A stretch of DNA of 64,000 bases, from assembly GCA_043228905.1 (NCBI GenBank), contig JBHGNT010000014.1, forward strand, positions 18,538,001 to 18,602,000, read 5' to 3'. Origin of the DNA: Azolla caroliniana. Taxonomy: Eukaryota > Plantae > Polypodiophyta. The notes under the pieces are model-generated. The model worked only from the letters and a program-made list of their open reading frames with translations. It did not search any database and was not told the origin of the DNA. A program made the translations under genes and the position numbers. Shown piece by piece: positions 51,545 through 64,000 of the stretch; positions within the stretch are counted from its first letter, which is position 1, and every line of letters begins with the position of its first letter.

Positions 51545-53354
51545 TGGATAACTATATGTACTTATGGTTCATTTTATACCATCAGGTATTATCAGAAAAA
51601 CTATTTAGTAAGGAAGAGAGCCTTTAGTGCTGCTGCAAGTGAATGCTAGAAGTATTATAATTTTCTTGTATATGTATATAGCCTGTCACCTCTGAATTAT
51701 ATGAATCTCATCAATCGAAGGATTTGCCTTGGTAAATTATTATGAGTCCATGACTTTTCATAATCCAAGTAAATTGTAGGAATTGGCAAAAGTTACTTTT
51801 AAAGTCATTTGCTTCTCTTAGTGAACTTTCATTCAAATTTGGTATGGGATAGAGATGCGGTATTTCATTTGAGAGTGTTTCTTTAGAATGTCTATATGAA
51901 AGTACTTTCTGTTTCCATGGGAAAATAAAATTATGTCCATTTGACATTTACATTGTATTGAACACTATTAGTACACCAATGGTTGCCCAGGGGAACATGC
52001 AAAGCTATACGATGCTAATGACAAATAAAGTAGAACCTGATTAATTTTTTCAAGTCTATCTTCTAATCAACTATTTTTGTTGAATATACTACATCTTGGC
52101 GGGAAAGAAGACCCAGTAGGAATTATGTAGCACAATAATCAAGGCTACAAATACAAAGCACATGAGTTTAATGTGACATAATGTGTATCTAAACTACATA
52201 ATATGTGTGAAATTCTTTGTAAATAGTTAGAGACTCACATCATATCAAAATTGCCTATACCCTTGGGAGCCTATAGATTTTACATGTTTGAAAGAATAAA
52301 TAAGTCTACGATATGGCTGGTTGAATTGGCTATAAGAGTATGAAGTGCTGAATTCAACATCCCACAAGTTTTGGTGCAAAGAGAAATCAACCCATAATTC
52401 TTTAGATAGAAAAGTAAAGAAGTACACTTGCAATCCTGAATGTGGCAATGAATGTCATTCAGAGAATCCTATCAATCTTTTCTAAAAAGGTGTAATGTGT
52501 TCAATTTAGGTTATCTATATGTGTTCACTTTATGACCAAGGTGTTGAAAGGTTATTTAGCATCAATTGGAGAGATGATTAACAGTACCATCACCAATATA
52601 TTGGAAAGAGAAGTTTAATTTCGTCAAACAATATTTGTAAGTGTGACTTTAGAAGAATATCTAAATCCTAGACACACTTAAAATTCACTATGTCAAAAGT
52701 ATTGGTGAACAATATTGAGACTGTAGCGTGCATATGCATAGATGTAGCATGTGCATTGGGAGAAGTAGGACATAAGCATAAAACGCAATAAGAGAAAGTA
52801 TATAAGAGGTCAAGGTATGCATTTGCATTTTTCACTTGTCTAAAAAGCAAGCCTTATATTTGAAGTTTTCACTCAATGAGCTAGAAGCATAAAAGGGTTT
52901 TCTTTGCTTTTACTTTTGGATATCAGCCATTATACACTTTCCATGAATAAATAAAAAATGACTAAAGAAAACACTACAAGTGGGCACACAAAAGAAAGGA
53001 AAAGAGGGGGGAGGGGGGGGGATAATGAAAAAGTAGGACTCCCATTATCAACCTCTCTTTATTCCCCATAAACTTTATTTTGGAGCATTGTGCATAAACT
53101 TTGTTATTCAGAGACAATCGATTCATTTGATTTACTCTTTGTTTTTGGAACGTTGTGCATAGTGCTCTGTTTTTCTTTCTTTCTTTTTTGTTCATTGAGG
53201 GGGCGATGCTCAAAGCATATGGAATCATATAAACTATGCTCATTTTGGGGTTGATTGTCTTTAAACTCCCATATATTAACGTGGTGGGTTACCCACCCTT
53301 AGCTTTCTTTAGCTTGAACCTCTTGTGTTTGAATCAGGACTAAGAATAAGAGCC

Positions 53355-54899
53355 ATGTGGATTGAGGCTCTAAAGAGGAGACAATATGGAGTAATGAAAT
53401 CATATGATGATGATGACAAGCATCCTATGGTAATGACAATGATAATGATGACCATCATGATGATGCTAATGATGAAGATAGTCGGCATAGAGGCGTTGTG
53501 GACACCGTGCCAGAATGTTTGTGGTGACATCCCAGTCATGTACCCATTCGGCACTTCGAAAGGATGCGGGAGCAAGGCCTTCGAGAAATACGTAAATTGT
53601 AGCAAAGACAAAGGAAATATGGTCTTGCACACACCCATGGGTGGCACCTATGATATCAAAAAGATTGACTATACCAACAATATCCTAGTCATTACTGACC
53701 CTACCATGTCGACTTGTGGCATGATGCAACAAAGCTCAAGCTTCGGTCTTCCGGTGGATGCACCATTTTCTATAGTCTCGACCAATCATTTCGTGTTATT
53801 AGGATGTCATTCGGAGATGTCAGGATCAGCCTCTGGGGCTTCAGTGTGTAACCCCACCGGAACATCCCTTTGCAAGGCCCTATACTCTTGTCCCTCTATA
53901 ACAAACCTAGGCCTATCTATCAACTCACCCACTTCTTCATGTTGTGTGTATGCTAATTCTCAACTTAATAACCCACCTTTTGAACTTAACTTGCCTCTAC
54001 TTCAATGCACATCTTACACTAGCATCTATAGCTTCGGCTCCCAATATGAAGGTTTCGCCTCAAGTGGAAACTCGGATTCGTCTTCGCCCTCCAATGTGTA
54101 TCTTGAGGATCCTAACAATTGGTCTTATGGAATTGCTTTGAAGTTCTACTATGATGAGTCAACTTACTCTGGCAATTGTAATAGTTGCCAAGTGAGCAAT
54201 GGAGTGTGTGCTTACAATGTGTATGGGTTTGTGTGCATATGCTCAGGTGTCAACACCACCACCAATTGCTTTGGTACAACAGGTAAATAATATGTAGGGC
54301 CAACTTTAAAAAACCAGAAGATAAGATTTTTATGCATAAAAGCATATTTTGGCAAATTTTTGCAAACCTTATAAATGATGTATTCGATAATTATTAAGGT
54401 ATATGACAATAGGAGATGGGGCTAATACATTTTTCAATTCTTGGTTTGGCTTTGATATGTCTAATATGGGTAAATCATAATATATTTACCCAATTGAGTT
54501 TCAACAAACAATATCAAAAATATAAATAAAACTTATATTATGATTTACAATTGGGTAAATATATTATGTAAGTTACATATTTTATTATGGTTTTCTAGTG
54601 TGGAAAGAACGTAAATAAACTAGTGTCTCTTAATTTGGTTAGTGCTACTAGAATTGCATAAAATTTTGGAATTTTACCGATCATCATTTCTCTTCAGATT
54701 TCAACACCGCTACCAGAAGTCGGCAATCTATTCTTGATACCTTTGTTATCCAAGGTAACAAATCATTTATCTTAAATCATGTTAAGACTTTTTTAAATTT
54801 TTGGATTCAATGATACATTCGAGAGTAACATTGTACTATATATGATGGCTAGGACTTTTTGGGCTTGTTGGGATGATGAAATTTGGAGTGTGCTTCTAA
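53355..54899 (+). CDS. Secreted WAK-like (GUB_WAK_bind and WAK-associated Cys-rich) protein lacking a kinase; exons 53355-54282, 54698-54754, 54853-54899
   Basis: CQNVCGDIPVMYPFG...GCG, IDY....L.ITDP.M, C..CQVSNGVC.Y....FVCIC. In-frame GT-AG splices give a short hydrophobic C-terminus. Which ATG is used is uncertain. Confidence 0.85.
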
Positions 54900-56691
54900 G
54901 GTTTCATGCTATTGGGCCAAAAATCCCCATAGTTTATGTTTTCATTCTTGCGGGTCTCTCGAGACATTATCAAGTGTAAATGCTCATTATCAAGTGTAAA
55001 GCATTTACACGCTTCAAGATGGAGTCTTTAATGTCTAACTAACATAAAATGGTTGTAATGAACTCTTCATCAGTTAAAGGAAACTCACTTTAGTTAGCAT
55101 TTTGTATTAGAACTTCACTAGTTAAATGAAGATCAATCTTATGTTTGTATATAGTTTCCCTCTTTAACATTCACTAGCGTTTCTGTGATCTATTTCTGAT
55201 AGCTATGAATCAAAGGTAATTAAAGTCTATGGTTCACCAAAGCATTTCATTTAACACCAAGAGCATATACACAATTAAAATATTTGGTTCCCCAAAACAT
55301 TCGATTTCCGACAAAGACCCATATAGCCTATACATCATCATGTTTGTGTTATCTATTTATGATAGCTATGAGTCAAAGACAGTTACAATCAATGGTTCAG
55401 CAACGCATTTCATTTAAGGCCTTTGTCCTACACATCTTCATGTTTGCGGTCAATTGTAGACCTGAGGATATTAATTGTTAAGGAACCACGAGTTTACACT
55501 CAATCATCAATGAGATTATTATTTCCAAGAACACCATCATATATTTGACGCCTTTAAAAGAGATGTTTGTCTTAGTTATAAGCTTGAATTATATACAATT
55601 TCTCTCATTATATAATGAATTTAGCTAAGGCTAATGTTTGTCTTAGTTTAAAGATAGGCTGAGTCTGTTACAAATTGTAACATATACATGTAATCATTAT
55701 GCTCAATAGATCTTCACAATTGAGAATGTGACAAGGATGACTGTTTTCAAACCATTGAGGATGCGAAAGGGATACTAGCTCAAATATGTTCGAGATGAAT
55801 TAAGAATTTAACTGTTCTAAAGCCACTAGAACAGGTTCCCACCAATCAAATAAACATCCAAGGCATCTGCACAATTCAAGGTATTTCAATGGGGGGAAAT
55901 CCAATAATTCTTTGAACAATGTCTGGACATTTAATCCACTTGTTCATCATGTTTTTCAATAAATAAAAATAAACACCATTTCATCGCAACAATAAAAGTA
56001 AACCCCTTCAAATAATAGTACAGAGATCGCCTCAGTGCATATTTCCTATTTCAAAAATCGTCTGCATTATATCAATAGTGATAGAACCCATTCTTATAAT
56101 AATTGTTATAAGATACACCTTGTTTTTGCTCACTCCACCTTTTTTCTATTTCTTCTAATGACAGCATCAAAGATTGGCTGACATGGTTTCCTACTTTCTT
56201 AGAGTACACACAAGTGTTCTTTTGTTGCCCAAAAGCTCACACTTTTCAATGCATAATTTGATGTTTTATGAGGCCAAAAAACTTTTAACGAGCTGGTCTA
56301 CAGTAAAATAAAAGCTACTGAGCAAAGCAGGATAAGAACTGGTCCAATGGTCCTCTTAAAAGGAGCTCAAATTTTCCAATAACTTTCTAGTGTATACCAA
56401 TTTTTCCCCATGTACATTGAAACCTTAAGTAGCAAATATGTATACCCATTTTTGCCCCAGTCTCAAGCAAGTAACTGTTTGGTTGATGACAGAATTTCCA
56501 ACATTATACAGAAATGACGATACACAATTTCAGTAAAAAAAACTTTTTTTCTTTCAACCTTAAATTTCAGAATGCTACATCCTCATCATCATTCTCTTCA
56601 TTGAATCCCGTGATCATTGAAAGATCAATTCAGCAACTCAGAAATGTTAACTAGAATAATTAAAAATGATCCAAGTACAATTGAAGATAGC

Positions 56692-59600
56692 TTAGAAAAT
56701 GCGCACTGGTTTGCCCATGGTAGTCTTCAAATATAACACCCTTACCTGCAACATATTCCATTCACAATATTATTAGTCTTTTTACAGCAAAAAATAGCTA
56801 AATTTAATCATACTTGATGGACTAGATTTACATTTGAGCTTAACCTAGATTTACTTAGGGTTGAGAATAATTTAAATTTGAGTCAAGGGTAAACTTAAAA
56901 TAACATGGAAAGAAACAAAGTACTACATCTACAACGCAAAACACAATATCAATGGGAAACACACTAGATTTAGAATGTGAAACAATGTGTACAGAAATAA
57001 ATAGGTAGATGCATAATGTCAAAAAGAAACATATACGCACTATTTTTAAGTACTTGAGGAAAAACATGTGAAAACGATGCAGTAAAATTACAATGTAAAA
57101 TATTCCAAAGAAAAACAATACACTAAGATTTAAATTCCAAAACAGATGGAAAAAACATCGCATAAGATATATGTATATCATACAATCATAAAACATTGTA
57201 GTCAGACCGAAACATATGCAGAAATTTTACATTATTGTTGAGAAAATGCAAAGCAGTGCACCACAGTTGTATTGATCTATTGCCAATGCAGAAAAATGCA
57301 TTTTTCGAACTTTATTATATCACTTTCAGAATGTGAATCTTTTTCCATCATTTCTCTCTCTGGTATATAAAGAACTACAATCCAGAAATCATCAAAAAAT
57401 GATAGAAAGGATGCACAAGGAGAGTCCACAAATAATGGAAGTCAGTTTGTTTATCCCTCCAACTTAGTTAGGTATTACTTAGCTCAGTAGTAGAGCACAA
57501 CAAACTGAGCTATTTTTGGCACTTATACAAGCACTTTCAATTTATTTTATGCATTTGAAAACATAATTTGTAATTTGCATATAATAAAGTCAAATCAAAT
57601 AATTGTGAAAAGGTACTCACATTTTGCCAATTCTTCTTGAGAAGAGAAACCAAAAAATTGACACTGAGTTGCACATTCTGGAACAACTGCTTTTCTTCCA
57701 TCTCCAAGTTGCCAATGGCCACACCCATGCACAGTACTTTCTTCAATTGGAATTTCACCGTCGCCTTCGTCTCATTAACCTTGGCTTCTAACGATTCTTG
57801 ATGGGAAACCAACGTCGGGAATTTCCCTGCTTTGTTAAGACCAGGGCCCAAAAGACGTGGGATCTGTTTTATAACTGCCTCTGATGCCAAGAAAGAATGG
57901 TACTTCTTTGCCAGCTTCTTCACAAGTTTCTTATTCTTGTTCATCTTCTTTAATGCATCCACATCCATATAGTCTAGCCCAATCTTCTCTGCCTGATAAA
58001 ATATACAAATAGATGGATGAATCATCCCTTACAGTAGCATCGAACAAAAATATATTAAGACAGATAAAAAAACAGCATTCATTCACTAATTGAGAAAACA
58101 AAATGTATAGATAGCCCTACTATTCTTCAACAATCTCCTATGTTCCAAAGAAACACTTAGCAAACACATAAAAGCACGAGTATAAATATACTTTAAAATT
58201 ATTTTCTTACATTTAATATAAATGCTGAACTTAATGGGAGTTAGTACATTTCATATTGATCTTTTTTTTTACCATAGATTATTTTCAGAGTGAGTACATC
58301 TATACTTAAATCATGTTCTTTTCACTAAAGACATGAAACATTGTGAGTGATGAAGAATCTCAGTTCATGTGTTAGCAAGTGAACAAGCTCAGACAAAAGA
58401 GATGTCATCAAGAAACTTGCTCAAAAACAGCAAATTTCAGGCGAACGAGACCTTTTGAATAATCATCATAGCTTTCCACAAAATAAGCAGTTTTTGAGAT
58501 ATACTATGGATCAACAAGCTTATTAGCCTGGGAGAATCAATAATTATTTGAAAACCAAAGATATCATAACCACAACTTCCAAAAGCAAAAAGCTAAGGGG
58601 CCACTTCTGTGACTGGATCAGCAGTACTGAAATCCATCTCTACAACAGATGGTTCGGTATCTTAATGATTCCTACTCTACTAACAACCACATCTATGCTT
58701 AAAGATGTCCATGAAGCATTCGTTAAGGAATTCATAGTAAGTTTTCCAAGGGTTCAGTGGTTAAAAAACTCAAAATTAAATTTCAGCCTAACAAGACCCC
58801 TTTTGAGTGATCATCAAATTTTCCATTTCATGTTTTGAAACTAGAGAAAAAATAAAGTCGCAAGAAATATAACCAAAACAAAAGCCAATATGCCTTAACA
58901 AATGTGTAAACAAAAAATCATATAGAGATCATCACCATGGTCCTCTGTTTTATGAAACAGGATACTCATGTTATTTCTTCTACAAAAGAGAGAGCATTTG
59001 CATATAAAAGTTGCCATACAACCAGAAATTTCCATGGTCTATCTACTCAAGGTAATATTTGCAAATACTCAATCACATGGAAATCATATTCTTTTGTGAT
59101 CTCCCTCTTCCAAAGAGACTATTTTGAAAATAAGAATACACATGCAATCCATAAAATTACATGAACACATTACAGGGAAAAGTATTTACACATGAAACTA
59201 TAAATAAGCTCTTCTTTTAACGAAAATATTTGCAGAATACAAGATTTAATAAATTCAAGATATTCATGAGCTTTCTTTTTCCGAAAGGTAGATTTGCAGA
59301 TAGAATCTCACATGAAATTATTATTGATTATCTTCTTTTAAAAGCAGATAATAATCACTAAAGTCCAAGTTGGATGATCTTCCACCACAGAATTTAAAAT
59401 CATGCTTTCATAACAAAAAAGACAATACATGAGAACAGATGTTCACATGAAATCATCTTTAGACCTCCACCAAAGAAGCTATTTGCATATAGATATTCTC
59501 ATAAATTCATGCCTTTCTAACCACACATTTACTCAACTTCTCTACCAAAGAGACCACATTTGCACGCAATTTTACATTTCACTAGGAAATACAATATTGT

Positions 59601-61196
59601 CATTTCTCAAAATAAACCAATAATACTCCATCACGCTAAAACAAATGTATGATAAATTCATCTTTTTCTTCTAGCAATGCACAGTGAAATTTGTAGAACA
59701 AAAGACTAATATCACATGAGGTCGTGCACTTCCATGACCTTCCTCTAACCCAAGAAGACAGAATATATTGAACCCAAAAATTTACACGTCACTAGCAAAT
59801 ACAAAAATATACACTCAGATTAAACATGGTAAATAACAACTTCAGCTTAACTCGAAGATGATCTTCTATCAAATAAGACAAGAAACACAAACTTTAATAT
59901 TTGTACACAAAACAATACATTGTTTTTAGTCAGTACCGTATAATACTTTCAATATAAAACAAGCATATTATAGCAGACAAATTTCATTTTTCTATATGTA
60001 TAATATTGTAACTAATTTCACATTCCTTTACAAAATACAACATTACCCTCCAATATACATATATATAATTAGTTGTATATTACCTCTCCAATATGTTGAG
60101 CATCTCCAAGCATGCAAACCTTCATCTTAGGTCTTGGAATGTGAGTTAGCTTCACCGATCCACTAAATCTCTTGTCTTTCTGAGGATCATAATTCTTCAA
60201 TCCTATCTGTAACTCAACTGTCTCCACAAACTTCCTCTTCTTCTCCTTTGAATCATTGATAATTTGAGTTATTGCTTCCCTTAACACATCACTCTGAAGT
60301 TTACTGTGAAATAAAATAAAAATGTGGCATACATTCAATTAAATTTAATAATCAAGTCACATTGCATTCCTCATTCTGATCTAAACCTCTGATCTAAAAC
60401 TCCGATCTATATTCTCGTAAAACTCTAAATCCATAAAAGAAGATTTACGATTTCGTAGAAATATATATAAAAACATACAACATCACATTCAAGATTCTGA
60501 TCTACATTTCTGCCATTAGCAAACAAAAAAAGCTTGAGCGCTGAAGCGACAACATTAACCAAAAAGAAGAGTTTATTTTTATGTATATTTTATGTCTTAG
60601 TGACACATTAAATCCATGAAACAAGATATTACAACTTCGTAAAATATATAAAAAATTAATAATATTACACACTCCAGACTCTGATATAACTTTCTGTTAT
60701 AAGCAATTTTTAAATCCATAGAGCAGAAGCTACAACTTTAACCAAAAAAAATGTATGATTTTACATACTTAGATAAATAGCTAAAACCCACCGCCTATTC
60801 TGGAGACCAAATGTAATTTACGTTCAATTTAGCAATAAATCCATTAAGTAATAAGGTATAGCCCTGGAATACTGCATTCTGGATCTTACTGTGTTAATAA
60901 TTAAGTTGGAGACACTCACCACACATAGTCCTCTACATATTTTAGACAGTGTATACAAAAACTAACAAGCCTAGAATAGATTACAGCACGAATGATTTCA
61001 TAAATCTATCTAGGAAATGAATCACATTCATGATTCTAAACTAAACTCACAATTAACACAGCCCAAAAGAACAGGTATGATATCAATGAAGTATGATAGA
61101 ACACAAAAAAATCTGGTTGTAACGAGTAGGAAAAACTAACAAAAGGCTGACACAGAGAAAGAGATCGATGTAAAGTTACAGAAGAGCTTACCTCAT
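56692..61196 (-). CDS. RPL10A: 60S ribosomal protein L10a (uL1), 216 aa; exons 61192-61196, 60084-60303, 57621-57992, 56692-56745
   Basis: [13 protein letters not shown]...[26 protein letters not shown]...[11 protein letters not shown]...[25 protein letters not shown]. Exon lengths sum to 651 nt. Confidence 0.98.
57321..57401 (-). ncRNA. Candidate box C/D snoRNA in RPL10A intron 3, target unidentified
   Basis: CATTTT-TTGATGA...CAGA..ATGATGG...CTGA-AAGTG gives boxes in C, D', C', D order with a terminal stem. Confidence 0.4.
58385..58474 (-). ncRNA. Intronic box C/D snoRNA guiding 2'-O-methylation of 18S rRNA
   Basis: Minus strand: AAGCT-ATGATGA(C)-ttattcaaa-AGGTCTCGTTCG-c-CTGA(D')...TTGATGA(C')...CTGA(D)-GCTT. 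Has a terminal stem; the 12-nt guide is complementary to the conserved 18S sequence CGAACGAGACCT; same strand as the host gene. Confidence 0.85.
58498..58697 (+). pseudogene. psbA: Plastid-derived psbA 5' fragment (NUPT) in RPL10A intron 2
   Basis: [36 protein letters not shown] versus D1 [36 protein letters not shown]; preceded by TATACT and a psbA-like leader; the start ATG appears lost. Confidence 0.88.
58750..58822 (-). ncRNA. Diverged paralog or pseudogene of the C/D snoRNA
   Basis: TTGATGAtcactcaaaaggGGTCTTGTTAGgCTGAaattt..ttttgag aligns with the first copy; the guide has substitutions and the C' box is missing. Confidence 0.55.
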
Positions 61197-61257
61197 TGTT
61201 CCTGAGACACGGCAGGAGGAGGAAGGGGTAGGGTTGCTGAAGGGTATTATTAGTACA

Positions 61258-61266
61258 AAACCCTAA
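61258..61266. promoter_or_regulatory. Telo-box (AAACCCTAA) upstream of the RPL10A ATG
   Basis: Motif typical of plant ribosomal-protein promoters, about 60 bp upstream of the start codon. Confidence 0.6.
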
Positions 61267-62849
61267 TTGCTTTCTGATTTTGAGCTGTTTATGTGTGAAC
61301 ACATACATACATACACACACATACATACAAAAAAAAACAGAACACACACATCTCTTTGTAAAGGGCAAATTAGAAAGGCCCCATCATGATATGTATTATG
61401 ATATGATCATCATCAAATGCTAAAACTCATCACCCCATGGTTTTACTATCAATGTAAAAAATCGTAGGGCTTTTCTACATGGTTCCCTTCTCCGCCATGG
61501 CGGTTTAATTAAAGATGTTTCGATTTTGTGAAGTGTCCGAGGATGAACATTACATACATACATACATACATACATACATGTTATGTGTTCGTGTATGAAT
61601 GATGAAAGCATGCCCCTCTTTCAACTTTCTTTGTCAAATAGGTCTCTCTGATGAATGTCAACCCAACCCTACATGGTTACCCATGTGGAGCATATAATTT
61701 TAAGATGGTTTCATTGTACAGAAAACGCCTCGTTGACACAACCCATACACAAAACACCTTGTTGTTGTCATTAAGAAGGCTCATTGTTGTTGGACCTTCC
61801 CATCATTGGGGCCTTCGTTGTTCGGCTCTCGTTGTGTTCTTTGCTTCGAGCTTTTGTCGTCATTCGGATCTTTACCAATGCGAATTATCTAGAATATATA
61901 GCGATATCCCACCCACGTTCTCTCCCACTCGATATGGAATTTAACGAGACTTTTGCAAGTACATAATGAGTAGAGGTAGATGATCTTATAGATCAAGTAA
62001 ATCGAGTATAGTGTGGGAACAAAGAAAAGTAAAAGGAGAAACACACAATTTATAATAGCCCCCAATTACAAGGGTATTAGGGTTAGGATGGCTAGATAGA
62101 ATGAACAAAGTCAATGGGATTGAAGGTTTGAGGGACATGTATGCCTTTAAACATCACTTCAATCAATTCATGTCAACATTGTCTATCATAAACTCTCGTA
62201 TCCTTCTTAATCTAACAAAATCCTATGGCTTTGCCTCTATTTCTCCATGTGACCACATCACAACATTGTTCCAAATAATTTGATGAGATATTGAGCTTGG
62301 GAAACCTCAGCATTTGCCCATTGTTGTTGGGTTGATTCTAACTACACACGACTAAGATTAAATGTGATTGCCAACAATATGAAAGAATCCTCTCCTTCTA
62401 ATGGGTGAATAGCATATCCAAGTTCTCCACATAGCGTGGACCTTGAAGGAGTCCTAAAATAGGTCCTCAACACTCAGAGCATCCACTTGCTTGACTACTT
62501 GGAGGATGTAGGGATTCCGACTTATAGTAGTGTGCATACTTTATAGATGTGGACATTGACATATGTAGTTATATGACAAAGGGGGTCTTGTGTCCCTACA
62601 TTATGAAAGAGGACAACGACAAGTGAAGTTAAATGGTAAGGGTATAAGAGCTAATGAATAAGCTCCTCACAAAGGTTCTTCTTGTAACTTTACTTAGAGT
62701 CATTACCTCTCTTTCACAAGAAACTAATCACTTGTACTAGAAACTAATTATGCTACCATTGAGCATTTTTATCTAATCATTATGTACACGGAAAACCATT
62801 TTTTTATATCAAGAACAAGTATACCCTAGTGGGTGCATGTTGATCCAAG

Positions 62850-63162
62850 TAGGCACTCCATGATGGGATCTTAATGATTCTCCCATCGCAACCAGAGTTA
62901 TAGCTAAATGGCTGAACACATTCGTTTGCTAAATCAACACATAATATTCTTATGTCACGGGCTGAAATCTAATCAACAATTGATAATAATTATCTCAAAA
63001 AGAAAGAAGGAATAGATGCATCTTCACCCACATAGGCACTCCGGGATGGGAACTTTATGAATCCCCATTTCAATCAAAGTTTTGATTGAATGGCTTAAGA
63101 CATTTGTTTGCTAAATCAAGAAGGATTATTCTTATATCATGGGTTCAAGACCCATCAACAAT
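62850..63162. repeat. About 183-bp-period diverged direct repeat, possibly within a LINE ORF1 remnant
   Basis: taggcactcc..gatggga...catt.gtttgctaaatcaa...atcaacaat occurs twice. Confidence 0.75.
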
Positions 63163-63561
63163 AGGTTATCCTTGTACTTGCATGTTGTAATTTGTTTAGT
63201 GATTTTTCACCATCGTTTTGAAAGCAAAACTAAGTCTTCACGTCCACGAGTCCTTGCATTTCACCATATCAATAAATCTCACCTAGTCAACCCCTCATGA
63301 AATATTTAATCCAACACTATACCCTCAAGGATCAAGGCCTTTTAACCTTAGATTTGATAAAACTGGTAAATTCATTTCTCCATTAGAGAAGCAACTTTGG
63401 AAAGGAGGTAATTCAAGGGTCATAGAGGCATCAGTCAATAACTAGCTACCATCTGTACAAAATGCTTTTGCAGTCTTAAGTGATTATTTTGGAGATATCA
63501 TAGAGATATTAGCTCAACGGGAACGCGATCAGGTTCTGAAGAAGTAACCTAATTAGTGTTG

Positions 63562-64000
63562 ATGAAGATAGTCATGTGGAATGTAAGGGGTGTTTGTTCT
63601 CCTTCTAAGAAGTTTGATATGTGGAAAAATGTTTTTGAGGGGCAATGGGATATATTGTGTGCAGTAGAGCATAAGGACCATGCTAAGTCTGGGTCTTTTA
63701 TTTAGCATAATGGGTATCATGTTTGTTATGCGGGTGTCACTGGTGGACTTCATTCAGGTGTAATTCTTATTGTTAAAGATACCTTGCAACTTCTGGTGGT
63801 TCAAAGTGATATACATGGTCGGTACATAGTGGTTGAGATAAATTATGAAGGGCAAAGGATTTGGATTGTTGGTATTTATGCACCAAATGAAGTCTCTCAA
63901 CGTATTGAACTTTGGCAACGTTTGAATAAAGTTCTTAGTAATGGAAATCCAGGATTTTTATTGAGTGATTTCAATATGTGTTCAGAGGTGGGGCAATCTA
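63562..64000 (+). mobile_element. L1-type LINE ORF2 5' end (APE endonuclease), frameshifted, runs off the window
   Basis: MKIVMWNVRG...WDILCAVEH...SGVILIVK...GRYIVVEI...IVGIYAPN...LLSDFNM. Confidence 0.88.

Noticed and set aside
56603-56620. 5.8S rRNA-like word GAATCCCGTGA
   Set aside because: Only about 11 nt match, located in the RPL10A 3' UTR, with no extension.
57480-57512. tRNA A-box-like TAGCTCAGTAGTAGAGC within a 9-bp hairpin
   Set aside because: No B-box or cloverleaf follows; at most a SINE remnant.
58548-58838. 96-aa ORF as a functional nuclear psbA
   Set aside because: TTG start, substitutions at conserved D1 residues, and homology ends after about 40 codons.
58929-58935. Further C box (GTGATGA, minus strand) in RPL10A intron 2
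   Set aside because: No D box within a typical distance and no terminal stem.

Overview
Plant nuclear DNA, most likely from a fern (inferred from the style of the PLS-class PPR genes and the transposon content; the species cannot be determined from sequence alone). The first ~27 kb is a nest of transposable elements. It holds a Ty1/copia element (minus strand, tRNA-iMet PBS) whose integrase is split by a young 4.16-kb LTR element with 520-bp LTRs, a tRNA-Trp PBS and only a Gag-like ORF. It also holds further copia and solo-LTR fragments, two tail-to-tail L1-type LINE 3' fragments, a second decayed copia, and a Mutator-like (MULE+SWIM) element. The remaining ~37 kb is gene-rich: FATA acyl-ACP thioesterase (7 exons), two PLS-class PPR genes, a deleted second copy of the Mutator-like element, a SKIP17-like F-box/LRR gene (12 exons), a kinase-less GUB_WAK-type secreted protein gene, RPL10A/uL1 (4 exons, minus strand), and the 5' end of a LINE ORF2. 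The features the ORF track misses lie mainly in the RPL10A introns: a canonical box C/D snoRNA with an 18S rRNA guide, a diverged paralog, a plastid psbA fragment between them, and a third orphan C/D-like candidate. All alignments and family assignments were made by eye.
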